44,676 nucleotides of DNA from a virus (IMGVR_UViG_3300044210_000016:1-44676), one strand, 5' to 3'. Shown: positions 34,998 to 44,676, counted from the first letter of the stretch. Program-made: numbers and translations. Notes: generated from the letters alone by a model not told the origin.

Positions 34998-35473
34998 CTC
35001 TCGCACTAGTGCCCAGGCCCACGCAGGCGGAAGCTTGGAGGCAACGCTTTGACGAACCGGACTGGGCCTACGCGTATTTCGCCAAGTGGCTGCTAGATCA
35101 GCCACGCAAGCCAGCACCCCATGCCGACATCGCCAAGACGTACGACTGGACGACGCGCGCGCTAGCTTACGACAATCACGAGAGTGTGATTGGTAAGCCT
35201 CGCGATCTGATCGCGAAGTCATTTCAGCCGTTGTTGCGTGTGTTGGCTCTCGAGGCCAACGCCCTGTTACAGAAAGTGTTAGAGCAACCCTCAGGGTGCA
35301 ACGTACTCAAACCTAAAGAGATCACAGATCTGCTAAAGGTCATGTGCGAGTATAAGGAGCTCGTCGCGTCAACGATCGACACGGGTGTTGATCGCAACTT
35401 ATCCAAGGCAACCGAAGTCGAGCTGCGGATCGTTCAGGCAGCCAAGAAGGTCGTAGCAAAGCTAGGCACTTGA
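34994..35473 (+). CDS. Putative terminase small subunit
   Basis: W.QR..E...AYAYF and W..RA.AYD motifs seen in TerS-like proteins; upstream of TerL. Confidence 0.6.
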   Translation: MTLALVPRPTQAEAWRQRFDEPDWAYAYFAKWLLDQPRKPAPHADIAKTYDWTTRALAYDNHESVIGKPRDLIAKSFQPLLRVLALEANALLQKVLEQPSGCNVLKPKEITDLLKVMCEYKELVASTIDTGVDRNLSKATEVELRIVQAAKKVVAKLGT

Positions 35474-35498
35474 CACATATGCGCGAATGTGGTACGTG
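35470..35498 (+). promoter_or_regulatory. Possible sigma70-type promoter for orn (leaderless)
   Basis: TTGACA-17 bp-TACGTG with TGTG extension; ATG 35505 lies 7 nt downstream with no RBS; -10 imperfect. Confidence 0.35.
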
Positions 35499-35504
35499 GC
35501 CCGG

Positions 35505-36071
35505 ATGCCGATCACACCGTGCGCGGACAACCGCGGATTCCTTGACATCGAAACAACAGGTCTAAAATGGGAGTATGATGACATACTCGAGGTCGCGTTC
35601 GTCGTAACAGATCCGAAGATGCGAGAGACACTATTTGAGTATCATTCACTTGTGCTTACGCCGAATGTGGATAGGGTCTACGACAAATGCAACGATTTCT
35701 GTAAGGAGACACACACTAAGAACGGACTGTTTGACGAACTCCGGACAGGACGTGGCAAGACCGAGGAACAGATCGGGCGCGAGATTGCAGCGATCATTCG
35801 AATCTTTTGGGGTGGTGCGAAAGCTGTTATCTGTGGCAGCAACGTCGAGGCGTTCGATAAGCCTTTCATGAAGGCCTATATCCCCGAGGCTTTCAACGCA
35901 TTCCACTATAGGACGATCAATGTGTCGTCATTGCGGGAGATCTTGAGAGGGTATGGGGCCGTTCTTGAACGCGAGGACAGTGCGAAACCACACCGCGCGT
36001 TGCAAGATTGTCGAGACGCGATTCAGTTGATTTACAAGTGTTTGACAGAGCTCAAAGGTCTTGAGCTGTGA
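35505..36071 (+). CDS. orn: Oligoribonuclease (DEDDh), start 35505 or 35487
   Basis: FLDIETTGL, ILEVA.VVTD, H.KNGL, G.NV..FDK.F, FHYR.I.VSSL.E, HRAL.D. Confidence 0.85.
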   Translation: MPITPCADNRGFLDIETTGLKWEYDDILEVAFVVTDPKMRETLFEYHSLVLTPNVDRVYDKCNDFCKETHTKNGLFDELRTGRGKTEEQIGREIAAIIRIFWGGAKAVICGSNVEAFDKPFMKAYIPEAFNAFHYRTINVSSLREILRGYGAVLEREDSAKPHRALQDCRDAIQLIYKCLTELKGLEL

Positions 36072-36847
36072 GGATCCTCTATTCGTCGAGATCGTGTATC
36101 GTGATCCACGGGACTGACGCGGAAGCTATGTCTTTTGCTAAGCGCGTGGATCACTCGATTACCGATCCACCGTATACTGGACACGTGCACGCCAACATTC
36201 AGTCGGTGCACTCGGACGGGGTGCGTAAGTGGGATCCGGGATTCGACCCAATGGTCTCGTATACGGCGTGGCGCGTGCAGCTCGCGATCACACGTCGTTG
36301 GACGTTGAACTTCTGCGCGCTAGAACAGTTCGGGCTATACGAGCAAGAAGCGGGAGGATTTCGCAAGGCCGGCGGTCACTACGTTCGCTCGTGGATCTGG
36401 CGCAAAGGACAGGCCGCACCTCAGATGTCGGGTAATTGCCCAGGCAACTCGTGCGAGGGGATCGCGGTCGCGCACGCGCGAGGGCTTGCCATGCGCTGGC
36501 ACGGGCGCGGCTCCCATGCGTGGTGGGATGGGCCGTTGGAGGATTTCGACGAGACCTATTGCGACAACGTAGTGTTTTCGAATCGCGACCGAGCGATCAA
36601 AAGACACCCCACACAGAAACCAGGAGAATTGTGTGATCAACTGATCAACAAGTTCACCGATCCAGGGGAGCTGGTAGGCGATTGGTACTGTGGCTCTGGT
36701 GCTATAGCTGCCGCTGCAGTGAAGGCTGGCAGGAAGGTGATCGCTTGCGACAATAATCTATTGTGGGCCGCGTATACAGCTCTAAGACTGTCGCGTATTG
36801 ACAGAGGTGATCTGTCGTTGGAGCCACTGCAACGAAAAGCAGCATGA
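36068..36847 (+). CDS. DNA N6-adenine/N4-cytosine methyltransferase (beta class)
   Basis: ITDPPY, HPTQKP, D.YCGSG in beta order. Confidence 0.85.
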   Translation: MRILYSSRSCIVIHGTDAEAMSFAKRVDHSITDPPYTGHVHANIQSVHSDGVRKWDPGFDPMVSYTAWRVQLAITRRWTLNFCALEQFGLYEQEAGGFRKAGGHYVRSWIWRKGQAAPQMSGNCPGNSCEGIAVAHARGLAMRWHGRGSHAWWDGPLEDFDETYCDNVVFSNRDRAIKRHPTQKPGELCDQLINKFTDPGELVGDWYCGSGAIAAAAVKAGRKVIACDNNLLWAAYTALRLSRIDRGDLSLEPLQRKAA

Positions 36848-38352
36848 TTGATCTGCTTGATATAGACTCATTCAGTGAGGCTGAGTGCGTCAAGGAACTC
36901 ATTGCACGCGGAGGGCTCCACGAATTCATGCGCCAATTCTGGCACGTCGTGGAGCCTCGTGACTTCGTTGACAATTGGCACTTTGGCGCACTCGCAGAGT
37001 TTCTCGAAGCGCTTTACTACGGGCAGATCAAGCGCGGTGTGATTAACATTGCGCCAGGCCTAGGTAAGAGTCTCACGACCGGAGTGATGTTCCCATCGTG
37101 GATCTGGTCGAAAGATCCGGGATACAAGCAATTAGCAGGCTCCTACGACCTAACACTGATGCATCGTGACGCTGAGAAAGTCAGCAAGATCGTTTCAAGC
37201 CAGTTGTATCAAGAGTGTTACCCAAAGACATCGTTAGTTGACGGCTGCGCAATGGGTTCGTTGCAGACGACGGGAAACGGGCTGATCCTGTCGATCACTG
37301 TGCAAGGTAAGGGGACCGGCTGGCACGGTGACATGGTACGCGTTGACGATCCGGTCAAAGCCCTCGAAGCGCGTGCAAAAGGATCGGTCGCTAACAGGCG
37401 GTCTATCGAGTGGTACCACGGAACACTAGCTAACAGGCGCGTTGACCCGGCTAACTTCCGTTTTCTGCTCACAATGCAGCGGGTATCAAAGGACGATCTC
37501 GCAGGCGAGTTGCTAGATCACGGCTTCGAGCATCTATGCCTGCCGATGCATTACGCACCAAAAGCACTGTGGATCAAAGGCGATTGGAGTGCGAAGCTTG
37601 ACAAGCGTACAGAGCCGGGAGAGCTGTTGTTTCCAGCGCGCTTCGACGAAGCGACGGTAAAAGATCTAGAGAAGTCATTAGGCACGCCCAGCAACATCAA
37701 TGCCCAGTGTGAACAGAATCCTACGCCTGACACTGGAGGGATCATCGAACGCGCTTGGTTGCGCACCTATCGTGAGTTGCCGGGAGCTTTGACATATGTC
37801 GGCATTTGGGATCTCAATTTCAAAGGCAGTAAGTCATCTCATTCAATGGTAGTTGGCAACTTGTTTGCGTTCGGCAATGGGTGGCACTATCTCGTGTCAG
37901 AGGTACGAGGTATGTTCAATTACCCCATGGCCAAAGAGGCCTATATTGACGCGCAAAAGTTGCCCTATTGGCGGGACGCATCCCTTATGTTGGTCGAAGC
38001 CAAAGCAAACGGATCGGCCTTGTGTGACGACATTCGTGCATACAATTCGGAGCACCACACGACGATCATCGAACCTAGGGAGTTCGAACCGTTACACGTT
38101 GACAAGTCGTTCCGATTAGGTCTTCGATCGACTATGATCAAAGGGGGCCTGTTACTGATCCCGGAAAAGAACGAGCACGAACCACAAGAGACCGATTGGC
38201 TTTACGATCCGCAAGACGGTTGGATACAGGAGATCGTAGGGTTCCCGTTCGCGCGCAAAGACGATCGCGCGGACTGTCTTAGCGCGTATCTGAATTGGGT
38301 TAGCGAGAACGCGTCCACAGCGCTACGCTGGGCAGATGGATCCATCGTATGA
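36844..38352 (+). CDS. terL: Terminase large subunit
   Basis: INIAPGLGKS Walker A, VDDP Walker B, MQR, Q..QNP, WD, VEAKANG, DDRAD nuclease motifs. Confidence 0.92.
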   Translation: MIDLLDIDSFSEAECVKELIARGGLHEFMRQFWHVVEPRDFVDNWHFGALAEFLEALYYGQIKRGVINIAPGLGKSLTTGVMFPSWIWSKDPGYKQLAGSYDLTLMHRDAEKVSKIVSSQLYQECYPKTSLVDGCAMGSLQTTGNGLILSITVQGKGTGWHGDMVRVDDPVKALEARAKGSVANRRSIEWYHGTLANRRVDPANFRFLLTMQRVSKDDLAGELLDHGFEHLCLPMHYAPKALWIKGDWSAKLDKRTEPGELLFPARFDEATVKDLEKSLGTPSNINAQCEQNPTPDTGGIIERAWLRTYRELPGALTYVGIWDLNFKGSKSSHSMVVGNLFAFGNGWHYLVSEVRGMFNYPMAKEAYIDAQKLPYWRDASLMLVEAKANGSALCDDIRAYNSEHHTTIIEPREFEPLHVDKSFRLGLRSTMIKGGLLLIPEKNEHEPQETDWLYDPQDGWIQEIVGFPFARKDDRADCLSAYLNWVSENASTALRWADGSIV

Positions 38353-39805
38353 CGCGCGGGACGCGCGCGCTGACGGTTTTCTCGAGTTAGCTAAGGGATT
38401 TGGCACAGCTGAACGACCCTATTACCTGCGGGAGCAGAAGGTATCCGTTTCGTCGATGCTCGATCTGGTCGAGCAAGATTGGCTAGCCGCGGCCATCGTC
38501 CAGCGGATCCCTGAAATGTCGCTTCGCGAGGGATTCGTCGTCAAGCGTATGTCGGGCGAGATCGACACCTCAACGAAGGACGCCTTCGAAGCGATCAACT
38601 ATGACGTATTTGAGCCTGAGGGTCTCTTGCGCGCGGGTTTGGTGTTGGGGCGCGCAGCAGGCGGGGCGGCCATCGTCCTATTGCCAGATACCGCGGCACG
38701 GGGATCAAACAGCACGAGTCCGGACAACGTGGCGTCACCTGCTAAGCCTGGCGAGGGTGTGCGGCAGATCCTAGTGTTTGCATGGTCGGATCTGAAGATC
38801 ATCTCATACGTGAATGATCGGAACTCCAAGGAACACGGCAAGCCCGAGATTTACGAGGTGATCAAGCAGCCTTGGGCAGGGCTTCGCGTGCATGCCTCTA
38901 GGTTGGTACCGTGTGAAGGGTCGTACAAGAAAGATCGCACTTGGGTAGAACCGTGGGTATCTGTACTAGATCCTGTATATTCGACGCTAGCCGACTATGG
39001 GTTCGCTTGGGAGGGCGCGTCGCAACTGATCAAGGAATCGTCAATCTTGATCGTGAAGATGCAAGGTTTGATCAACGCGCTAGGTGTCAAGGGTGGTGTC
39101 GCTCAGAAACAACGATTCGCAGCAATGACTCAGAGCAAGTCGTTGTTCAAGACGTTATTTCTCGACTCGCAAGGGGAGGACGCAACCCGCATAAACACAT
39201 CATTTGCAGACCTGCCGGCGTTGCTAGATTCAATGTCAAAGCGCGTTGCCGGCGCAGCTAAAACACCAATAACGATTCTGTTTGGCATGTCCCCAGCTGG
39301 CATGAACGCTACTGGGGAGTCAGATCTGCAACAGTTCTACGACCAACTAGTCTCGTACCAAACCAAATCAATCGCACCGAAGCTTGCGGTGATCTGTTCG
39401 GCGATTGCGGGTGACGCACGCAAGGTTGAGTTCAACCCGCCCTGGACTCTTTCGGCAACTCAGAAGGCAGACTATCGCGCCAAGAAACTCGCGACAGATC
39501 AAGAGCTTTGGAAAATGGACGTCGTGAGCCCGTTGCAGATCCTTGTTTCGCGCGCGCACGATGGGACACTCGATCTCGAGATCCCTGAAGATCTGCTCAA
39601 GGAATATGAAGATCTGCTTGCGAAGGGTGAAAGAGAAGTGCCAGGGATCAAGAAAGAACCTCCCGAGAGCCTGACAAATGACCCAACAGTTCCGCCTATT
39701 CCGCCCGACACGAGCGACGAAACCAACAAGAGCGTTGAGAGCGGGGAGGATCCAAACAATCCCGTCAAGCGAATGCCCCCAAATAGCGATCGATCTGCTG
39801 AGTGA
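38336..39805 (+). CDS. Portal protein (DUF1073-like)
   Basis: P.T.LFGMSPAGMNATGESD...FYD signature; follows TerL. Confidence 0.9.
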   Translation: MDPSYDARDARADGFLELAKGFGTAERPYYLREQKVSVSSMLDLVEQDWLAAAIVQRIPEMSLREGFVVKRMSGEIDTSTKDAFEAINYDVFEPEGLLRAGLVLGRAAGGAAIVLLPDTAARGSNSTSPDNVASPAKPGEGVRQILVFAWSDLKIISYVNDRNSKEHGKPEIYEVIKQPWAGLRVHASRLVPCEGSYKKDRTWVEPWVSVLDPVYSTLADYGFAWEGASQLIKESSILIVKMQGLINALGVKGGVAQKQRFAAMTQSKSLFKTLFLDSQGEDATRINTSFADLPALLDSMSKRVAGAAKTPITILFGMSPAGMNATGESDLQQFYDQLVSYQTKSIAPKLAVICSAIAGDARKVEFNPPWTLSATQKADYRAKKLATDQELWKMDVVSPLQILVSRAHDGTLDLEIPEDLLKEYEDLLAKGEREVPGIKKEPPESLTNDPTVPPIPPDTSDETNKSVESGEDPNNPVKRMPPNSDRSAE

Positions 39806-40505
39806 ATACTATCAAGAGATATTTGATCTCTCATACGAAGTCGCGATCGAAGCGCTTAGGTTGCGCAACGATGGTTGGATCGATGACGCGCATAGGTGGT
39901 TTCAAGAGCGACTCGGGCCTCTGAAGCAAAAACTGTTCAACAAGTTGGACGGAGCGATCAGATCGATCGACAAGTCTGTCAACGCGACGTTGACACAAGT
40001 TCCCAAGATTTACGTCAACAACTACTTGTCAGGCGGTTTGCGTCAGTTAGCAGAGTTCAGACGTACCAACATTGCACTGATCGAGTCAGTTCCGCGAAAC
40101 ACTGCACTAAAGGTTGGAAAGATCATACAAGCCAACCCTAACCTGCACTCGAGTGATTTAGCAGCCAAACTGTCGACAGTCGCGAAGGATTCGAAGCAAG
40201 CAGAGCTATGGGCTCGCGATCAAACACTCAAAGCACATGCCCAAGTTGCGCGAGCAAAGCATGAAAGCGTCGGTATACGCGAGTATATCTGGCGCACCTC
40301 AGAAGATGAGCGTGTTCGCGGCAGACCTGGTGGTAAATGGGCGAATAGTAGATCTAATCATTGGGTGTTGAACGGTAGATTGTATAGATACGATCAACCG
40401 CCGATCGTTGACGAATACACAGGTCGACAGTGCAATCCTGGAGAAGACTACGAATGTCGTTGCACAGCCGAGCCCGTATTGCCGAAATATCCCATTGCAG
40501 CGTGA
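39678..40505 (+). CDS. Head morphogenesis protein (SPP1 gp7/Mu F-like; start uncertain)
   Basis: ARDQT, YIWRTS.DERVR, H..LNG, PG.DY.CRC.AEP. Confidence 0.88.
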   Translation: MTQQFRLFRPTRATKPTRALRAGRIQTIPSSECPQIAIDLLSEYYQEIFDLSYEVAIEALRLRNDGWIDDAHRWFQERLGPLKQKLFNKLDGAIRSIDKSVNATLTQVPKIYVNNYLSGGLRQLAEFRRTNIALIESVPRNTALKVGKIIQANPNLHSSDLAAKLSTVAKDSKQAELWARDQTLKAHAQVARAKHESVGIREYIWRTSEDERVRGRPGGKWANSRSNHWVLNGRLYRYDQPPIVDEYTGRQCNPGEDYECRCTAEPVLPKYPIAA

Positions 40506-40529
40506 CGCGCGACCTGGCACGCTGGCCTT

Positions 40530-41645
40530 GTGGCTAGGTACACACGATTTGACGCGGGCACGTTGTCAACCGTCAAGCGCATCGCTTCGGGCGGAGTAAT
40601 CGTTGACGCCATGTTCGCGCGTACGGGCGTGCAAACATACGTGCGAGAGGATGGATCGGTCAGTCGTGAATACCGACCGCCGGAAGAAGTGTTCAGCGAG
40701 CGGACGCTTGCGTCACTCAGGGGCGCGCCGATCACGATAGGGCATAAGGGCCAGGTCAACCCCAAAAACTGGCGTGAAACGTCGATTGGCACGGTCCTGT
40801 CAGGCAAGAAACACGACGTGAAGGTCGACGGCGAAGAGTGGATCTCTGGCGAAGCGCTCGTGAGCGACGCTGACGCCATCGCGAGACTGGGCGTCGATTT
40901 GGTCGAGAACTCCCTAGGATATGAGATGGATCTCGATCCTACACCCGGTGTGACACCCACTGGTGAACGATACGACGCAGTGCAACGGAACATCATTGCT
41001 AACCACAACGCTTTCGGCAAACAAGGATTTGCTCGTGCGGGCCGCTCTGCGAAGCTGCGCCTAGACGGGAATCAAGAGATCGTAACAGACTCAAATGACG
41101 AAGGAGTAGAAGAAGTGTCAGAAGTATCAAAGCGCATGATTCAGTGTGATGGTGTGTCTGTCGAGTATGGCAGTGAGACGCACGTCTCTTTGCTTGAAAA
41201 GCAGACTAAGACAGCTAACGATCGTGCCGATAGCATGACCGCGAAGGTCACCGAACTGGAGAAGAAAATCGGGACTGAAACGGCGCGAGCTGACGATCTC
41301 GATAAGCAGGTGAAGAAGCTTACCACTGACGCGTCACCCGAAGCGATCGAAGCGAAGGTCAAGGACGAACTAGACTTTCGCACGAAGATGATCCCTTTGG
41401 TGGAGGACGGTTTTGATTTCTCCAAGAAGCCCCGTCGTGATGTGTTGATCTCAGCAGTCGCCAAGATTGATGGCAATAAGCGCTTCGATGCGAATGACAG
41501 TGAGACTACGATCGCGGCCTATCTGGAAGGTAGAATTGCGAGTGGTATTGACTACAACAAGCCGGCAGGCGGTGAGAAACGCGATGACGGCGCTCGCAAC
41601 GATTATGCTTCATTCCTTGCCAACGTCGGCAAGCCTGTGAAGTAA
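40530..41645 (+). CDS. Prohead protease/scaffold (DUF2213-like)
   Basis: ARTGVQ.Y, YRPPEEVF, PITIGH, S.GY, YDAVQRNI..NH, RAG; coiled-coil C-terminus. Confidence 0.88.
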   Translation: MARYTRFDAGTLSTVKRIASGGVIVDAMFARTGVQTYVREDGSVSREYRPPEEVFSERTLASLRGAPITIGHKGQVNPKNWRETSIGTVLSGKKHDVKVDGEEWISGEALVSDADAIARLGVDLVENSLGYEMDLDPTPGVTPTGERYDAVQRNIIANHNAFGKQGFARAGRSAKLRLDGNQEIVTDSNDEGVEEVSEVSKRMIQCDGVSVEYGSETHVSLLEKQTKTANDRADSMTAKVTELEKKIGTETARADDLDKQVKKLTTDASPEAIEAKVKDELDFRTKMIPLVEDGFDFSKKPRRDVLISAVAKIDGNKRFDANDSETTIAAYLEGRIASGIDYNKPAGGEKRDDGARNDYASFLANVGKPVK

Positions 41646-41685
41646 ACCGATCACACTGATCCTAACACTTTACTAAGAGGTAACA

Positions 41686-42174
41686 ATGACTGTATATGCT
41701 ACTGTTGCGACTGCACGTCGCGGACAGACTGGTCAAGGTGGGTATCGAAGCGATGCACGTAAAGTCGACGCTGCTGTCAACGGTGGTGTGATCGTGTGTC
41801 AAGGTACTGGAGATCTTACCGTGAAGGTGCCAACGACCGCAGCTGAAGTTGCGGCGGCAGTTGGCGCGCTTAGGTACGATCCGTCATTGGCGCCGAAAAC
41901 CAGCGCTCAGACGACGGATTTTGCAGCGAACGACATGGCTGACGTCCTTATGGAGGGCTGTATTTGGCTCTATTCGGAGACGGCTCATACGCGCGGGACG
42001 CAGCCGTACTGTCGCTACGCAACGGGCACTGGCGGAACCGAGCTCGGTGTGTTGCGTAACGCGGCGGTTGCGAGTGAAACGGCGCTGCTGCCTAACGCGG
42101 TCGTAGAAAAAACAACGTCCGGTGCGGGCCCCGTGCTCGTACGGATCAATCTTCCCTTCCGGGCTGCCTCGTAA
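41686..42174 (+). CDS. Head decoration/cement protein
   Basis: 162 aa between protease and capsid; V..EG.IW pattern. Confidence 0.7.
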   Translation: MTVYATVATARRGQTGQGGYRSDARKVDAAVNGGVIVCQGTGDLTVKVPTTAAEVAAAVGALRYDPSLAPKTSAQTTDFAANDMADVLMEGCIWLYSETAHTRGTQPYCRYATGTGGTELGVLRNAAVASETALLPNAVVEKTTSGAGPVLVRINLPFRAAS

Positions 42175-42206
42175 CTAGCCCGCACACTACATAGGAGAAA
42201 TAGATC

Positions 42207-43097
42207 GTGGCTATTACTAGAGCGCAGCTACTTACAGAACTTCTCAACTACCGCATTGCGACATACCGCCCCACGGTGTTTCGACAGGTTCTGAGCGGTT
42301 TGATCGTTCCGTTGAACGATGTTGTTGACGCTATTCAGAACTTCGAAGTCGTGCCTACGGGCTCGATCAAGATCATCTCATCAGCCTCGCCGGGAGGTAT
42401 CCCGCTCACCACATTCGACGGAACGCCGTCTAGTGCGAAGGTTGTCACCGGCGCGATCGGCTTCGAATTTACCAACGAGCAACTCGGCAAGTTTGAAGTA
42501 AACAACATCAACTGGCGCGTCATGGCTGGCGCAGCGAATTTCAACATCGTTGATCAGTACCTGGATCGCGTAGCGTTCTTGGGCGATACGGTGTACGGGT
42601 TGCCAGGTCTCGCAGCTCTGTCGAGTGGGCCTGCGAGCGTGACGTTGGGAACCAAAGCGGCCGGTGGCTTGACGTGGGCTGTTGCGACGCACGAGGAAAT
42701 CGTTCTTGATATCATCGCGATGTCGGACGCGGTTACCAACGGATCCTACGGACGGCTGCCTGGCGACACAGTATTGATCCCATCGACTCAATACGATCGA
42801 GCCGCCAGCGTGGTAAACACGTATTCGCGCCGTACCGCAATTCAAGAAGCCCAAGATCGACGCCCCGAGATTCGGCGCATCATCAAAGTTTCGCATCTTA
42901 CCGGAGCTGGTTCGGGCAGCACCAATCGCTTGGTAGGCATGTGCTCGGGGCAAGATGTGCTCACGTTTGGGGAGCGGCCGTTCCGCGACGAACCGATCCA
43001 CCCGATGCCTTTGGGCGGGCTTGTGCCTTCCACTTTCCGCACGAGTGGCGTTATCGTCGAGCAAGCGCAAGGGCTCGCATACGGCGACGGTTGCTAA
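42207..43097 (+). CDS. Major capsid protein (DUF2184/encapsulin-like HK97 fold)
   Basis: D.VAFLGD...LPGL, W...T.EEI..DI, P.T.LIP, L.GAG, GV.V...G; AGGAG RBS. Confidence 0.85.
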   Translation: MAITRAQLLTELLNYRIATYRPTVFRQVLSGLIVPLNDVVDAIQNFEVVPTGSIKIISSASPGGIPLTTFDGTPSSAKVVTGAIGFEFTNEQLGKFEVNNINWRVMAGAANFNIVDQYLDRVAFLGDTVYGLPGLAALSSGPASVTLGTKAAGGLTWAVATHEEIVLDIIAMSDAVTNGSYGRLPGDTVLIPSTQYDRAASVVNTYSRRTAIQEAQDRRPEIRRIIKVSHLTGAGSGSTNRLVGMCSGQDVLTFGERPFRDEPIHPMPLGGLVPSTFRTSGVIVEQAQGLAYGDGC

Positions 43098-43120
43098 CAC
43101 GTTATCGATTGTGTGCTAGA

Positions 43121-43150
43121 GTGTTAGAGGGTGTCAAAGCCCTCTAACAC
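43121..43150 (+). other. 11-bp hairpin downstream of the capsid gene
   Basis: GTGTTAGAGGG-TGTCAAAG-CCCTCTAACAC; no adjacent U tract. Confidence 0.6.
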
Positions 43151-43161
43151 ATAGGATTTTT

Positions 43162-43503
43162 ATGGCCAAAGCAAACGAAGATACCAAGACTGAGACTGTC
43201 GAACTTGTTGATGCATTCACTGTCACCAATAAGGGTACACCGATCATTATTCCAGGTATAGAAGGTCGCATAACGCAGGAAATGGGGCCATTTGTGCTAA
43301 TGGATACAGTTGATCCAACGGGAAAACCCGCGCGTAGCAGATTCTTTCTTGCACTCGTGAAAATGGTTGAGCAACGGATTCTAACGCTTGTGAAGGTGCC
43401 AAAAGGCGACGTGCTCTATGTGACCGAGGGAGGGTGCCTTCCGAAGGCGCAAGAGAAATCACTAGACCCGTCTAAGACGCTAGGGATCGCTGTCAGTGGA
43501 TGA
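43162..43503 (+). CDS. Hypothetical head-associated protein
   Basis: AGGA RBS; follows the capsid gene. Confidence 0.6.
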   Translation: MAKANEDTKTETVELVDAFTVTNKGTPIIIPGIEGRITQEMGPFVLMDTVDPTGKPARSRFFLALVKMVEQRILTLVKVPKGDVLYVTEGGCLPKAQEKSLDPSKTLGIAVSG

Positions 43504-43765
43504 TTACGACGCCTTCATTGAGCGTTTTCCCGAGTTCGTAGCGCTCGGATCGCAGCACCGCGGGCACGTTGTGGCGTGCCTGCGGGAGGCTCGTCGGATG
43601 TACGATGACATCGATATGGTGCTTCTCAAAGCCGCCGCATTGATCGCCGAGAGCCCCGTCGGTCGCGCCGCACAGTTGATGCTTGCCAAAGCCACGTCCT
43701 CTATCTACTCGGTGAGACTTGCGGAGATGAACCAAATCATAGCGTGTGGTGATAGGTTCCAATGA
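43496..43765 (+). CDS. Head-tail adaptor (DUF4054-like)
   Basis: F..RFPEF N-terminus, L.AA.L, S.Y motifs. Confidence 0.7.
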   Translation: MDDYDAFIERFPEFVALGSQHRGHVVACLREARRMYDDIDMVLLKAAALIAESPVGRAAQLMLAKATSSIYSVRLAEMNQIIACGDRFQ

Positions 43766-44217
43766 CCACGCACGTCCGAGAAGATCGGACGAGGCTTGAC
43801 GCGTTCGAAAGGTTCGTCAAACAGAAGCATGAGATTCGGGTAGGGATACTAGATAAGGGCAATGCGACACACGAGGATGACGGCTTCACGATCGCTTACC
43901 TTGCATCTATTCACGAGTTTGGACTTGGGCAGATCGAGCGATCTTTTATCCGCGGTTGGTATGACGCGCGCAACCTAGACTTGGGGAAGATCGCGATTGA
44001 ACACTACCGCAACGCAATAGTAGCGAGTGTGGATCCAGCGACGGTACTAGGGCAACTCGCGGCCAAGTTCGCGGCAGACTGCCAAGCACGAATGGTTTCA
44101 GGCTGGTCTTATCCCGATATATCGCAAGAGACCAAAGACCGTAAAGAATCATCGACACCTTTGATCGATACCGGAGTTCTGAAAGCCTCAATCACGGGCA
44201 TGGTCGTGACACAATGA
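43762..44217 (+). CDS. Neck/virion morphogenesis protein
   Basis: VGI, A.IHEFG...ERSF.R, T..RK.SS.PLIDTG.L..SI. Confidence 0.8.
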   Translation: MTTHVREDRTRLDAFERFVKQKHEIRVGILDKGNATHEDDGFTIAYLASIHEFGLGQIERSFIRGWYDARNLDLGKIAIEHYRNAIVASVDPATVLGQLAAKFAADCQARMVSGWSYPDISQETKDRKESSTPLIDTGVLKASITGMVVTQ

Positions 44218-44676
44218 CAACGTGGCTTGACATACAACAAGCGTTACCAGATTGGATAGCAAAACTTGCGAAACAGCCGGCGGCTTGTGTATATTGGAAT
44301 GATAATGGTCGACCGTTGGCAGATCCGGTGATCTCTCTGAATGTGTCGTCATTCCAAGACGTCATTTCCCACGAGTCAACGCGAACAGAATCCGACGGGA
44401 CTAAGACCCGATCGGTCGACGTGCACCGTGCAATGACTCTGCAAGTACGAGTTGAAACGACCCTAGAGATCGGACGCACTTCAGCGTTGGTCACGGCGGA
44501 TCTGATCAGGCTTCGTTCAATGCGAGAGGACTACGTTCATGCGCTTGGAAGCATGTGCGGGTGTTATACAATCAAGATGCCAAGCGACGTGCAGAATGTT
44601 TCGTATGAGTCAGGCCAGTCAACGATACATGCTAGGACGTTCGATCTGTTCTTGACAGCACACTTCCAGGACATTG
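44214..44676 (+). CDS. Tail completion/terminator-like protein, N-terminal part (continues at the window start, stop at 239)
   Basis: ATG 44214 overlaps the upstream stop; open to the window end; missing from the ORF track because it lacks a stop. Confidence 0.7.
   Translation, partial: MTTWLDIQQALPDWIAKLAKQPAACVYWNDNGRPLADPVISLNVSSFQDVISHESTRTESDGTKTRSVDVHRAMTLQVRVETTLEIGRTSALVTADLIRLRSMREDYVHALGSMCGCYTIKMPSDVQNVSYESGQSTIHARTFDLFLTAHFQDI
44551..44676. repeat. Terminal direct repeat, right copy
   Basis: Identical to 16-141. Confidence 0.95.

Noticed and set aside
38336-39805. Anti-CBASS Acb1 annotation often attached to DUF1073 proteins
   Set aside because: Size, motifs and position identify a portal; no HxT phosphoesterase domain is evident
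29-44494. Numerous minus-strand and nested ORFs in the track (e.g. 932-1513, 3626-4237, 42381-43100)
   Set aside because: Antisense shadows of well-supported + strand genes, with no RBS or motifs
44551-44676. 126-bp terminal repeat as a biological DTR
   Set aside because: It falls mid-gene and its length suits an assembler overlap; it shows circularity or permutation, not true termini

Overview
Essentially complete, circularly permuted genome (~44.5 kb; 16-141 is repeated at 44551-44676) of a tailed dsDNA phage with a contractile, myovirus-like tail. Almost all genes are on the + strand, often with ATGA/GTGA overlaps. Gene order: late/structural operon (29055 to the end, wrapping to 10831: virion fibres, a non-canonical lysis cassette, TerS, Orn, DNA MTase, TerL, portal, head, neck, sheath/tube, chaperone with -1 frameshift, tape measure, baseplate, fibre), replication module (10839-20606: primase-helicase, Cas4-like nuclease, SF2 helicase, two P/Q/Y-rich proteins, family A polymerase, DUF5664-like nucleotidohydrolase, RuvC-like resolvase), and an accessory/early region (20627-27660). 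No integrase, canonical tRNA or CRISPR array was recognised. Most striking non-coding structure: (i) six copies of a fixed-geometry promoter cassette carrying GTCWGAC boxes that head the accessory genes, with three ribbon-helix-helix-like regulators as candidate binders, (ii) a 72-nt tRNA-like cloverleaf ending in CCA directly against the likely DNA polymerase ATG, (iii) two hairpins with complementary loops after the last cassette, and (iv) an AT-rich, repeat-laden ~590-bp control region between the only minus-strand gene and the late operon. All family assignments are from motif recognition and synteny by eye, not from database searches.
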